64,000 nt of DNA from Candidatus Bathyarchaeota archaeon (GCA_963806535.1 CAWDYC010000004.1:256001-320000), one strand, 5' to 3'; positions 41,391 through 58,776 are shown, counted from the stretch's first letter. The notes: generated by a model not told the origin, from the letters alone. A program made the numbers and translations.

Positions 41391-41466
41391 CAGAATCACA
41401 CGTTTCCACACATTTTGCCACAATTAGACACATTTCAGCACAAATCCACACAAATGCACACGCAAC
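41391..41466. repeat. 10-bp phased CAC array (7+ units)
   Basis: cagaatcaca cgtttccaca cattttgcca caattagaca catttcagca caaatccaca caaatgcaca cgcaac. Confidence 0.8.
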
Positions 41467-41923
41467 CTGCATAGAATTTAAGCTTTGCCACAGAAAAGCA
41501 ACCTGAAGCAAACTGCTCAAAAATGGCAACGCAAGTGTTCTTCTTCTCTTAATGAAAACTTATACTGGCTATTTTTGGCAAAAAAACTTTTTCTCAAGCC
41601 GTTTTAGCCTCGCTTAACTTGGTGACTGTGTTCTTTGCTGACTTCAGTCGATTTTATCGATTGTTTTAAGTTTTGCTCTTTGCAACGGCAACAACACAAA
41701 GTTTTTTTGGTGCTTTAGCTATAGGAAAGTTTAGGCAACCTTTAATTTAGTCTGGATATGCAAGAAAAAGTTTATTAGTGGGCTATGTAGCTGTTTGTTG
41801 TGCTCTTAGAAAAGTTAACTCAAACCCTTTTTCAAATTGGATGATCCCATTATTGAAGGAGATGGAAGTTTGAAAACACTCACAAAATCACAAAAAAACA
41901 TAAAATTTATGGAGAATTGAAAA

Positions 41924-44900
41924 ATTGACCACCCTTATCCAAAAAGAAGACATCCATGATTTATTGAAGACATTTTTTCAACGAAAAAGGCCTAGTAAGG
42001 CAGCACCTTGACAGCTACAACGAATTCATCGACCACGGACTACAAGAAGTCGTTGATGAAGTCGCTGAAATCCCCATTGAAGTTCCAGAAAGCCCATACA
42101 AGGTAAAACTTGGACAAATATGGGTAATTGACCCCCAATCAAGAATAACCGGTCCATATGTAACTGAGGTTGATGGGACAAAACATGAAATTTATCCAAT
42201 GGAAGCCCGACTGAGAAACTTGGCATATTCTGCTCCCATTGCTTTGGAAATGACCCCCGTCATTGACGGAAGAGAGCAAGACACCGAACTTGTTTACATC
42301 GGCAACATTCCAGTCATGCTCAAATCAAAACTTTGTTTCTTATCTCAACTTTCTAAAGAAGAATTAATCGCTGCTGGAGAAGACCCAGACGATCAAGGAG
42401 GATACTTTGTTGTTAACGGTTCCGAACGCGTCATCGTTGCCATGGAAGACTTGGCACCTAACCGCGTAATCGTCGACATAGACGAGAAAGGAACCTCACC
42501 TGTTTTCCAAGCAAAAATCTTCTCAACAACTGTCGGCTTCAGAGCAAGAATTGAACTTAAACTAAAATCAGATGACGCAATCTACGTCACAATGCCAGGT
42601 GTTCCAACAGAAATTCCATTCGTAGTTATCATGCGTGCCTTAAGCCTGGAAAAAGACAAGGACATTGCAGAAGCCGTTTCACTTGACAGCGAAATGCAAA
42701 GCCAACTTGCAGCCTCATTTGAAAAAGCCATCGGCGTAGACACACCTTCAGACGCAATTCTCTTCATTGGAAACCGTGTTGCTCACGGACAAGTTGAAGA
42801 ATATCGTTTACAGAAAGCTGAAACCGCCCTTGACAAAAACTTCCTACCACACCTTGGAAGAAGTGAAGCAAACCGCAAAGAAAAAGCAATTTTCCTAGGC
42901 GAAATGGCTTACCGCGTTATTCAATTAAAAACTGGAAGAAGGCAACCAGACGACAAAGACCACTTCAAGAATAAACGTCTGCGCCTCGGTGGTCCACTTC
43001 TGGCAGACCTTTTCCGTGTTTCATTTAGAAACTTAACACGAGACATAAAATATCAGCTTGAACGCATAGGCGTTAAAGGCCCAATCATAACAGTTTCAGC
43101 GGCAGTTCGCCCAGGCATAATAACTGAACGTTTCCAACATGCATTAGCAACAGGCAACTGGGGAAGAGGCAGAGTCGGAATCACTCAACTCTTAGACAGA
43201 ACCAATTACATCTCAACCCTAAGCCACCTCCGAAGACTACAATCGCCATTAAGCAGAAGCCAACCTAACTTCGAAGCCAGAGACTTACACCCAACTCACT
43301 GGGGACGCCTCTGTCCAAACGAAACACCTGAAGGCTCCAACTGCGGTCTTGTCAAAAACCTCGCATTATCCGCATCCATAGCCGTCGGCGTAAATCCTGA
43401 CAAAGTAAAGCAATTGCTTTTTGAAATGGGATCTGTTCCAGCAGGAGAAGCCAGCCGCGAGCTACGTATTTCAGGAGCTAAAGTTTTCGTTGACGGAAAC
43501 ATAATTGGTTACTGCAACAACCCTCAAGACATAGTGAAGTCTTTCAGGGAGAAAAGACGAGCTGGAGAAATATCTACAGAAGCAAACATTACTTATTTCT
43601 CAAAAATGCAAACAGAAACTGAAGAAGTACATGCTAACTGTGACGAAGGCAGAGTTAGACGCCCACTCATAATCGTTGAGAATGGCGAGCCAAAACTTCA
43701 ATCTAAACACTTCGAAAAGATCGGTTTAGGCGAGTGGACTTGGGAAGACGTAGTCAAGAACGGATTAATCGAGTATTTGGACGCTGAAGAAGAAGAAAAC
43801 GCTTACATCGCCTTAACATTCGACGACAATCAACAAAGAAAACACCCATGTTGAAATAGCAACTTACACAATTCTCGGCATATGCGCCTCAACAATCCCA
43901 TATCCAGAACACAACCAGTCACCAAGAAATTCATACCAAGCAGCTATGGCTAAACAGGCTCTAGGTGTTTACGGCACAAACTTCCACCACAGAGTCGATT
44001 CACGCTCACACATCCTGCATTATCCACAAGTTCCAATGGTTGAAACAGAATTAATGGAAGTCATGGGCTACAAACAACGCCCCACAGGACAAAACTGCAT
44101 CGTTGCAGTGCTCAGCTTCGAAGGCTACAACATGGAAGACGCACTTAATCTTCAACAAAGCATCAATAGACCGAGGCCTAGCCAGATCGACATTCTACCG
44201 AATTTACGAAGCTGAATGCCGCCAATACTTAGGAGGATTAAAAGACAAATTCACCGTTCCAGAACCAGGAACCCGCGGCTACAGAGGCGAACAATACTAC
44301 AGGCTCTTGGAACCAGACGGAATAATCAGTTTAGAATCAGCAAGTTGTCGGTGGAGACGTCTTAATTGGCAGAATTAGCCCACCCAGATTCCTTGAAGAA
44401 TACAAAGAATTTGAAGTAAAAGGACCCTCAATGCGAGACACATCAGTTGACATGCGTCCCTCAGAAACAGGAACCGTAGACGGCATATTCATAACGATGT
44501 CTGGCGAAGGAAGCCAACTTGTAAAAGTGCGCGTTCGCGACCAAAGAATTCCAGAACTCGGCGACAAATTCGCTTCACGCCACGGACAAAAAGGAGTCAT
44601 CGGCTTAATCGTGCCACAAGAAGACTTACCTTTCACAGACGAAGGCATTGTACCTGACCTAATAATCAACCCACATGCTATTCCGTCAAGAATGACCATT
44701 GGCCAATTCATCGAATCACTCGCAGGAAAAGCAGCGTCGGCAAGAGGTCGACCAGCAGACGGAACCCCATTCTCAAACGAAGGACCAGACGAAATACGCA
44801 AAGCCTCGTAAAACTTGGCTATCAGCCACACTGGAAGCGAAGTTTTCTACAACGGCACTACAGGCGAAAAATTCGTTGCAGACGTTTTCGTCGGCGTAGT

Positions 44901-45297
44901 TTACTACCAGAAACTTCACCACATGGTCGCAGACAAAATACATGCCAGAGCACGCGGACAAGTTCAAATGTTAACACGCCAGCCAACTGAAGGTAGAGCC
45001 CGAGGTGGTGGTCTCAGATTCGGAGAAATGGAGCGAGACTGCTTAATTGGACACGGCGCAGCCATGCTGCTAAGAGACAGACTTCTGGAAGAATCAGACA
45101 AGTACACTCTTTACATATGCGAAAACTGTGGTCAAATCGCTTACTTTGACATGAAACAAAGACGTTATGTCTGCAGAATATGTGACGAGAAAGCAAAGAT
45201 TTCACCAGTAATCGTCTCATACGCTTTCAAGCTTCTACTGCAAGAGCTTCAAAGCTTGTGCATCACTCCAAAATTAAGATTAAAAGAGAAGGCATAA
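41924..45297 (+). CDS. rpoB: RNA polymerase subunit B, unsplit (several indels)
   Basis: [38 protein letters not shown]-terminal Zn finger. Confidence 0.96.
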
Positions 45298-45299
45298 TC

Positions 45300-49448
<4,149 letters not shown>

Positions 49449-49465
49449 AAAATGGAGGAAAAAAA

Positions 49466-49903
49466 CTGACAACCGGCATAAAAATCACCTGCGACGAAAT
49501 GCGTTACATTGCTTTGTTTGAAAGCATAAGCGGCGCCAGCGTGAAAGACTGCATTGTTGACGAAATAGAGCAACGAGCAATATTCATCGTAAACCAAGGC
49601 CAAGTTGGCGTTGCAATAGGAAAAGGCGGCAGAAACATCCACACACTTGAACGAATGACAGGCAAAAAACACGAAATCATCGAATACAGCGAAGACCCAG
49701 TAACATTCATGAAAAACGCCCTGAAACCAGCAACAGTCAGAGAAATACGCGTCACAGAAAGAACTGATGGCAAAAAAATGGCAGTCATAACAGTCAATCC
49801 CAAAGACAAGGGCGTCGCAATAGGTAAGAACGGCAAAAACGCTGAACGTCTGCGATTTTTAGCAAAACGGTATTTCGATATTCAGAACGTAAGCATCACC
49901 TAA
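49466..49903 (+). CDS. nusA: Archaeal NusA (KH domains)
   Basis: EMRYIALFE, AIGKGGRNI, AIGKNGKN. Confidence 0.95.
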   Translation: MTTGIKITCDEMRYIALFESISGASVKDCIVDEIEQRAIFIVNQGQVGVAIGKGGRNIHTLERMTGKKHEIIEYSEDPVTFMKNALKPATVREIRVTERTDGKKMAVITVNPKDKGVAIGKNGKNAERLRFLAKRYFDIQNVSIT

Positions 49904-50126
49904 GCAGTCCAGCAGGCTATTAGGCGATGAAACGTCACTGCTTCATCGTTTATTGTTAAACTTAAATGGCATTTAGCTTTAGCCATACTTTTGTTTAATT
50001 ATAGTTTTATCTTTGTAAACGACATGTTTGACTATTAGTCAAGAAATCTTTACTAAAAATAGTAAACAATCCTTGACGAGAACCCTTTTATCACAACCAA
50101 GATTTAGCAGCTATTGGTGAAAACGG

Positions 50127-51693
50127 GTGAAACTTAAGAGCGATATAATCGTTTTTGCTGTTTTGGCGCTGCTACTTTCTTGTTCTTTATCTTCAGGAAT
50201 TTCTCTAGGAACAGTGAAAGGCGCTACTCAAAACAACAATTTGCAGTCCAATAACGGTGCAATATCGCTGACTAATGGATCCGCTCCGGATGATTGGCCA
50301 ATGTTTCGTCATGACCTGCAGAATACAGGGGCTTCTACGTCAACACCCCCAATCAACAAATTGCTATGGCAATTTTCCACTGGTGATTTAATTTATTCAT
50401 CTCCTGTAGTCGCAAACGGTGTTGTTTACATCGGGTCAAACAATAGCTACTTTTATGCTCTAAATGCTTCGAGTGGTTCTTTAATTTGGCAAAGTTACGT
50501 GGGCAGTAATGTTGAATCATCTGCTGCTGTTGTTGATAATATTGTTTACGTTGGAATCTTATGGAACGGACACAATGGTTACGTGGATGCTTTGAATGCC
50601 ACAACTGGCTCGATAATTTGGCGATTTGCAACAAATAGCGGTATCGAGTCATCTCCCGCTGTAGTCGACGGTGTTGTTTACGTTGGTTCATACAACGGCT
50701 ATATTTACGCGCTAAATGCGACCACTGGTTTGTTAAGATGGTCGTTCCTTACTGGCGGCTCAACATATTCTTCTCCTGCAATCGTAAATGGCATTGTATA
50801 CGTAGGTTCAATCGACGGCAGAGTTTACGCCTTGAACGCAAATAACGGAGCGCAAATTTGGTACTTTCAAACAGGAAATCCTGTCTATTCATCTCCAACG
50901 ATTGTAAACAACGTCGTGTACGTTAACTCAGATAACGGAACAGTATATGCTTTGAATGCAAATGATGGCTCGAAAATTTGGCAAGCAACTATAGGCGTAG
51001 GTGACCATGCGGACGATTCGCCCGCTGTTGCTGGCGGCATTGTATACTTTGGCGCACGCAACGGCTATTATGCCTTCAACGTTACTGATGGATCGCAGAT
51101 TTGGTTCTTTACCTCGCCTTATTCGTCGCGTCAATTCACTGGCTACGTATATTCGTCCCCTGCAGTTGCGGGCAATGTTGTATATTATGGGTCATTTGAT
51201 GGCTACGTTTTCGCTTTAGATGCTTTCAATGGTTCCATGATCTGGTCATATCGTACTGGAGGATATCTTGTTTTCGTCACCTGCAGTTGTCAACGGCATT
51301 GTTTACATAGGCTCATTTGACGGAAAAGTTTATGCTTTGGGGAATTGGGCTTCGCTATTTCAAACGTCGATTCCGACCCCAACTCCTACTCCTCAAGCAA
51401 CCGCAACTCCCACAACAACTCCGACCCCAACGCTCACACCAACAGCAATACTTGTTCTCGCTAACACTTCTAAACCAATCGCAACTCCAATAATCACACA
51501 AATGCCTCAGCTCTCCCCGACGCCCATTCAAGATCCAATTCCAATAGCCACATCTGAACCGAAAGGAGAACTCATGCTCGGTGTTACTCAAAACGAAAGC
51601 GACTTCACGAGTTGGATAATATTGGGAGGAATTATCGGAACTGCTGTGGTAGCGCTGATATTCTTTATGCTAGTTTTCAGAAGAAGACCGTAA
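50127..51693 (+). CDS. Secreted PQQ-like beta-propeller protein with Pro/Thr linker and C-terminal TM anchor (frameshift ~51268)
   Basis: Signal peptide, WPMFRHD, repeated SSPAVVNGIVYVGS.DG.VYALNA, PT repeats, TM plus RRRP. Confidence 0.88.
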
Positions 51694-51873
51694 GTCGTCA
51701 ATGGATCAAGCGTTTTCACCAAAAAACTTTAACAAAAGCGAGGTGACTAAAACAGAAAGAAACACACTAAGTTTGAATATATTCTCATCTGCAACTCTTT
51801 TTTTCTTTTTTCATAAGGCTATTTTTATGTAAATTTTATAGGTAATGGCTGTATTTAGTTAGCAGGGGTTTGA

Positions 51874-53167
51874 ATGGCTGACTCGCACGAAGATGAAATT
51901 TACTCAACTATGTTTAGTTCGCTAAAACATCCTGTTAGGCGCAAGATTCTCCGAATGCTAGCCATGAAACCCATGACTTTCATGGAGATGGTTGAGCAAC
52001 TTGATGTTTCAACTCCTCATTTGACTTACCATCTTGAAAGTCTTGGTGAACTAATTTCTAAAATGGATAATGGACAGTATAAGTTGTCGGCTTTTGGAAT
52101 AGCTACTGTAAGTGCTATGAAGGGTGTTGAAGAAGTTCACGAACTTGAGCCGAAACGTCGTGTTGTGACTTTTAGGTGGAAAGCGGTTGTCGGAATATTG
52201 TTGGTTGCAGTATTGAGTTTTGTCTGGCATGGCTGGTCTTCAATTTATATCAATAAACCAGCTCTCGAACTCCAAACAGTCGCTTTCAATGGAAAACCAG
52301 CAGTTGTTGTCTTATGGAATGGGCGAAGATAAAGTAGCGAATTTTCTTCAAAACGTAACACAAATTGACACTACTAATTACACAATTTCTTTGCTTAGTA
52401 ACACGATGCAGTGGCGAACAGATTTCGGTGGTGTTGCTGAAGAAGTCATACAGTACTCTCTTACAAGCACCAAAAGCAACTTGAACATAGATTTTCGTTT
52501 TAGGGACAATCATTTCTCACGGTATCAGCTTGACATGATTGAAAGCTCACCAATTTTTGCTCAGATCCAACCTAACGATGTCCTACAAAACGCTAAAGGC
52601 ATACTTGCTCGCTACAAAGCTTATTCTGGTGACACATACTTAACAAACATGAGCAACCTTCTAGACACTGTTAACGCAACACAAAACATAGCTGTAGTTC
52701 AGGGTAATATGAAGCTGCAGATTACTGTTTCAGGCGGCAGTGTCACGCTTCTTTGGATGTATACGCAAGACGGTATTGACTACCAAGCCAAAGGTTTACA
52801 AATGACTTTCCAAAACAATGTCTTAACAACCATGACAGATGGCTATTTCTTATTCACCATAGGAAGCACTGACTTAGCTACTTCCAGGCAACAGGCGATA
52901 GATATTGCTCAAAACTACGTGAAAACTTTAACTTGGACCATTGAGGGTCAACAGGTTTCTCATTTCAGCGTAGAGGGTCAGCCTTTTTCCGTTCAACTTG
53001 TGCCTCATACTCGAGGTAATTCAGTAGCGTTGATTCCTTATTGGTATGTGGAAATGAGACTCACCGCCACTTATGCAGGAGGCATAAATGAAGTTACGGT
53101 TGGAATTTACGCTGACACAGGCAAAGTTTCAGATGTGCAGATGTTAAGCGGCAGTGCAGAAACATAG
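51874..53167 (+). CDS. Membrane-anchored ArsR-type wHTH regulator with extracellular domain (frameshift ~52220)
   Basis: FSSLKHPVRRKILRML...HLTYHLESL, a TM segment, then a long Asn/Gln/Thr-rich domain. Confidence 0.75.
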
Positions 53168-53246
53168 TGAGAAAAGGGGTCAAAATTTTCTTTTTTTCTC
53201 AATGACCCCTTAATTATAACTTAAAAGAAAAAAATGAAATGACAGT

Positions 53247-53881
53247 TTACTCGTTTTCTTCTTCTTGTTCTATTGGCTCTTCTTCCTCGGCTTCTTCTTT
53301 TGGTTCAGCAGTTTCTGCTTTTTGTGCATCACTCGACAAAATCATCGTTATCAAGTGCTTTCTGGTCTACTTCTGCCCTTGTTCTCCAATCCAGAAACAA
53401 CAGCCCATTATCATCTTGCCCAAGGTAGCCGTAGCGAATGTAGCGTTCAATGTTTAAGCCGATTTTCCAGTTAGGCATTTTTTCGCTGAGCAGTTTCTCA
53501 ACGTCTTTTCTTGGTGCTTGCCCTTTCTTGCTAATTATATATGAGATTGTTATGGCTAAGCCTGCTAAATCGTCAATGCGCCAACCCATCAACTTATCCT
53601 TTGTCTGCAAGTCGCCGCGCAAGAGCAACATAGAATCTTGCTTTATCAAGCTCTTCTATCGTGGGTTTTTCTGGGGTTTTTTCTTCTTCAAAAATTGTTT
53701 TAACCTGCAAATCCAGCGGTTTCAGGTAGTCATCAAGTAGATCGAGCACTTTAGGGTAGTCTGAACCTAATGCTTTGTGCAGTTCCCAGCCCTTAACTCC
53801 TGGTTTCTGATGTCGCTTGTAGAAAAGCATCTGAGTTGCCTTTTTGATTTTGCTGCCGTAAACACCTTTTTTCTTGCTCAA
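53247..53881 (-). CDS. Putative kite (tandem winged-helix) SMC accessory subunit (indels)
   Basis: About 210 aa, two WH-like halves (GWELHKALG; IERYIRYGYL...LFLDWRTRAE), acidic tail; coupled to the kleisin gene. Confidence 0.6.
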
Positions 53882-54706
53882 TCTAATTCGCCTCTTTTCC
53901 ATTTCTGCCAGTCTTCATATGAGATGGCGATTGGAACTGATGTTGACTGCTGAGTTAGTAGCTCTGTTCTGGGTTGGCTGAAAGGTTTTATGAATACCTC
54001 TTCCTCTAACCTGTCAATCTCCAGTGTTGCGTAGCCATAGGTTACAAGAAAACTTGTTAGGAATGCTCTTTGAACTGTTTGTTCATAGGTGTCAGCACCA
54101 ATAAAGTCCCAGTAATGAATTTTGCCATCTGTTCCTTTATTTGCAACACAGGCTTTCAGTTCCTGCCAGTAAATATTTAATTCGTCAGAAAATTCTTTAT
54201 CACTTAGAACACGCTGCTTTATCAATTCCTCTCTGCTTGCAAAAGCATTTGAAACCTCGATTGCTTCAAAATCTTTCCATCTTTCATTAAGAGGAGATAA
54301 CGCTTCCCAGTAAAGCAGTCCCTGTGCTAAAGTGTTAAGGCTTATTTGTTCAAACTCGATCAGTGGGTTCCAGGCTTTAAGAAATGCATTAACCATTTCT
54401 TGTTTGCCGATTTGGAGGATTTTTTCTTCCAAGAAGAAAAGGGTCAGTGTAGAGCAGAGATGATCGTTGTTTAACCCATTCGCTTTGAATTTTGATAACA
54501 GTGGCTAAATGGTGGAGCGCTTCTGCGTCAAGTCTTAACTCGTCAGGGTTTTGCCAATGAGGAAAATATTCTCTTACAACTTTGATGATTTCATCAATGT
54601 TTAATGTGAAAGGGTCAACCGTGTGGTTTTCGATGGCGATGCACATTTCAATTATGCGTTCAAGCCTTTCCTTGCCCAATGTCTTAGCATGTTTTGCTAC
54701 CTGCAT
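53878..54706 (-). CDS. ScpA/kleisin-like protein (frameshift ~54430)
   Basis: VDPFTLNIDEII...AEALHHLATVIKIQSE N-terminal motif; C-terminal WH (RAFLTSFLVTYG). Confidence 0.7.
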
Positions 54707-56634
54707 TACGCCACAACCTCACTTACAACTGATTTTCCTTCAATATTTTGAACTGTAATCACGTTAGCGTCTTGCTGGGCAAAGGTGATTTGGCTTGGAG
54801 TGATGACGACGTATTGGACGTTTGCATCTTTAATTGTGGAAAGAAGAACTTTCGCAATCATTTCTCGGTTTTTAGGGTCCATATGAATGTCATATTCATC
54901 TACTGCTCGGAATGGGGAGCGAACGTGCTGTTGCAGTGCTAAGAGAAAACTCATGGTTGCTGTAGTTCGTTCGCCGCCACTTTGGGTGTAAGCGTCAAGA
55001 GCCACTGGTTTTCCGCCTTTGAATCCGACAAATATTTCTAAACCAGCTGTTTCAATGTCTTGAGCGTTTGAAAGTTTCACTTCGCCAGTTGCTAAAGTTT
55101 GGCTCATAATCCGCTGGTACTCCACATTTACGCGGTCAAGCAGGTTCTCCATGACTGTTCGCCATGATTGCATTCGGTTTTGACTTCTTCAAGGGTTTTC
55201 TCGCGGTTTTCAGCCACAACCTGTGCTTTCTCTTTCAGCTCCAGATAAAGTTTCGAGTAAGATTCGTATTGGCGTTCGATGTCTTCTGAAACATTTACAA
55301 GTGCTGCTAAATGGCCGTCTGTTAAGCGGATTTCGTCTTGGATGTCAGGAGCGCTTTTTAAAACTGCGATTCTTTCACCGGACAGCCATTGCTTTTTGAG
55401 TTGTTGCCGTCAGATTTTCTTGTGCTTCTTTCAGCGATTTCTCAATATCTTTTATGGTCAACGATGGCGTTTGCCCGCTTATACTCAAGCATGGCAAGAA
55501 TTACACTGTTTATCCAACACTTCGTCTGTAACCTTGTCAGATGAATCTTCCAAGTTGAGCATTTTTGCTTGATTTTCTTTAATTTGCTCGTTTGTTTTGG
55601 AAACTTGTTGCTCTGAATTTTTGAGCATTTCTTTGAGGTTTTCAGTTCTGAAGAGTTTAAGTTGGTTTTTGCTGCCTTGAATTGCCTGCTGTAAAACCTC
55701 TGCTTCTTCAAGCAATTGTCCAATGAGTGATTGTATTGATTGGTTTTGTGCGATTTCATTTTCAAGATTTAGGCGTTCATCAAAAGCTGTTCGGGTTTCT
55801 TTTTTGAGTGTTTCCCGCTCATTTTGTTGACTGTTCAGCTTGTTGGTTACGGCTATTTTTTCCTCTTCAATTTTGCGTCAGTGCATCTTGGTTTTTGTTT
55901 AGGTTGGCTTGTAAGCCTTTAACTATGGTTTCGCGTTTTTCAACTTCTGCCCAAGATAGTTCACGTTCTAAAAATCGACGTTTAATCTGAAGTTGCTTTT
56001 TCTCTTGGTATTTTTCGTATTGTTCACGCCAATAGTTGAGGGTTTGCTGGGCTTGCTCTAAAAGTTTGCCGACGGATTCTTCTTGCGTTAGAATGCGCAT
56101 TAATTTTGTTTTTGCTTGCAGGACGTTTTCGCGGAAAGGTTCTAAGCCGACAGCTGCTTCAACAATGCGCAGTTTTTCTATGTTGCTAAGAACAGTGAAT
56201 TGTTCAACCATGTTTTGATGCATGATAATTAGCATGTTGTCTGGGTCAACGCCGAACCTGCCAAGTAACCGTTCAACATCCTGTTTGCCGACGGCTCGGT
56301 TTTCCAGTTCAAACCCATATTTGCCGTCTCGGCGCAATACCCGAGTTAGGAAAAGTTGGTCTTTTGAGTATTTTGGTACTGGACGTTTGTTTCCCTGTTT
56401 GCTGTTGTCTAAAATTAGTGTTACTCTTGCTTGGTCATGTCCCCATCGGATTAAATCGCTGAGTTTCCTTGAGCGTTCCGTGTATGATTGACCTAAACCG
56501 ACGGAAATGGCTAAAAGCAAAGAGGATTTTCCTGCGCCGTTAGGTCCACCAATTACGTTTACGCCTTGCTTAAACGGCACTCTAGCGTATTCATAACTCA
56601 TGAAATTTTCAAGTATAACCTCTTGAATTAACAT
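54706..56634 (-). CDS. Short SMC-family ATPase, SMC5/6- or ClsN-like (indels)
   Basis: LENFMS, GPNGAGKSS, MHQ Q-loop, QSGGERT, SPFRAVDEYDIHMD, ITP. Confidence 0.88.
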
Positions 56635-56859
56635 TAAAGCTTTCTTAGCCTCTAAATTTAGCGTTCGTAACTAATGGAAAAACGTCTTATTAAAACAATT
56701 TGACATGTTTGTGCAGATTAATCCTGTAAATTTGAGTGATTGAATCATTTTCTTTAATGCATTTTTTAATTTAAACAACGCTTGCTTATTGAGTTAGCCT
56801 TTAGATTTGGATGAAAAAAATGCAGGAGATTGAGAGAATAGAGCTGATAGCTATTAATA

Positions 56860-57237
56860 TTATTTTTTTAGGAAAACAAATTTTGGCGCGCCGCCTACTT
56901 CCATGCCTTTAACCTCGCCTTCTGCTGGGAATACTGCTGAAAATATTTGGTAGTTGTCTATTTTTGCAGGTCCTTTAAGTGAGTCTTTTACTTTTTCTTT
57001 GGCGTGGGAAAACACTGCTTTTTCAGAAGCTTTTAGAGATTCTTCGTCTTGCCATAATGTTAAGATTGTTACTAAATTTGGGTCGTCATGGGAAAGTAAT
57101 GAAATGTAACCGCGAAATCCACTTGAATTCCGTGTCTCAGTGTTTAGAATATGATCGAGTTCTAAAAAAGCATCTTCTCTTTTACCTTTTTTAAAGTGCC
57201 ATAAAGACATTCTCACTAAAACCAAATTATTCACCAA
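56860..57237 (-). CDS. Antibiotic biosynthesis monooxygenase (ABM) family protein
   Basis: KKGKRE, GFRGY, LTLWQDEESL. Confidence 0.75.
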   Translation of the reverse strand: MVNNLVLVRMSLWHFKKGKREDAFLELDHILNTETRNSSGFRGYISLLSHDDPNLVTILTLWQDEESLKASEKAVFSHAKEKVKDSLKGPAKIDNYQIFSAVFPAEGEVKGMEVGGAPKFVFLKK

Positions 57238-57290
57238 GAAATATTTTGTATTTCGCCTAATTTATAGTTTAAACTAAGGTTGCGGGATAG

Positions 57291-57874
57291 CTAGTTATCA
57301 GCTGAAGTGACTAGTGTTGCAACATAACACTTCAAATCTTCATTATCAACAAAAGAAATTATCTTCAATACCTGAGCTTTCAAGTGTATCCATAAATGTG
57401 TTAAGTGGAAAAGCCTTCTTCAACCCAGTCACCACAACCCTGCCGCCTAGCTTTGGCAACTCGCGTCTAACTCTTTTAGCGTTTCAACAGGTTTGGGCAT
57501 GTTTTGAAGCACTGTAAAGGCGAAAACAAAATCAAAAAAAGCATTTTTAAACGGCAAGTGGTCAGCGTCAGCCTGCAAAACCAAAACATTCCCTAAATCA
57601 TTTCGCTTGCTCTTTGGCTTTTAGCAGTAGTTTGTCGTGAAATGTCAACGCCAACAACCATATCGGATTGAGCTGCTACTTCTTTGAAAAACAAGCCTGA
57701 ACCACAACCAACATCCAAAACCACGCCACCTGCAACCTCTACATTTTTCAATGCCGCTTTGTATTTTGCCTTCTGTTCCTCAGCGTACCGATCTTCGTAC
57801 ATTTCAGCTGTCAAATCGTAACGTTGCATGACTCTGCGCTTGTCTTTCCAACCTGCCAAACGGTGTTCCTTCAA
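57291..57874 (-). CDS. Class I SAM-dependent methyltransferase (frameshifted)
   Basis: VLDVGCGSG, GVDIS; second frame ADADHLPF. Confidence 0.82.
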
Positions 57875-57908
57875 GAAATCTTATGTACCCAAGCTCTGAC
57901 TAAAATAG

Positions 57909-58721
57909 TTGGCTGAAAACAATTGCAACAATCAAACAAACTCTCGGTGCTGACCTCTACCAACATTAGCGGAAGCTGCAACGCTTGATTGAGAAATCTT
58001 TTGTCCAAAGAAGAACTCTCATCGTTGCAGGCACATGCCACGTGCATTACGTTGGCAGAGCAAGCTCAACTCTTGAACTTGGCGAACGCATCCTAATCAT
58101 CAAGTCTGACGGGTCGCTTCTTGTTCACCGCCCAGTCGGCTATGAACCAGTCAATTGGCAACCTGCAGGCAGCGTTTTCCATGTCCAAGTCAAAGACGAA
58201 GAGCTGGAGGTTCATGGAATTCGGCAAAAGCCACATGAAAGCGTTCGCGTCACATTCGAAAACATCTATATGGTCTCTGCCCTCAACTTGTCAGATTCAG
58301 GAGATTTTCTTTTACACGCAAGCGAAGACGACATGCATCGAGCCATTCTTCTTAAACCTGAACTTCTCGAAGAAGGCTTCAAACCGATTAGCTGGGAGAA
58401 AAAAGTTGAGCCCGGCTTCGTAGACATTTATGGCGAAGACAAAAACGGCAAACTCGTCATTGTTGAAGTTAAACGAAAAACTGCTTCAAAAGAGGCTGCG
58501 TCTGCAATTGGCAAAGTATATTGAACCTATCAAAGCCAAAGTTAACCGAGAAGTCCGTGCTGTGCTGGTTGCCCCTAGCCTTGCTAAAGATGTTCAGAGA
58601 CTGCTGGTTACACTTGGGCTTGGAGTTTAAGGCGCTTGACCCGAAAACCTGTGCTGAAGTTCTTAAGAAAACTGAAAACTCAAAGCTGGAGTCATTCTTC
58701 AAAGAAAAAGACTCGATTTAG
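57909..58721 (+). CDS. nucS: Endonuclease NucS/EndoMS (indels)
   Basis: CHVHYVGRASS, KSDGSLLVH, PVNWQP, SEDDM, GFVDI, VEVKR. Confidence 0.9.
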
Positions 58722-58776
58722 ATAAATTTTCATTTAGGATTTTTGAGGTTTGCGGTTTGTTCGCCAAGTCAAAGCG

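Noticed and set aside
49452-49468. CTG start codon for nusA behind GGAGG
   Set aside because: One missing A in the homopolymer would put ATG 49452 in frame, so this cannot be resolved in an indel-rich assembly
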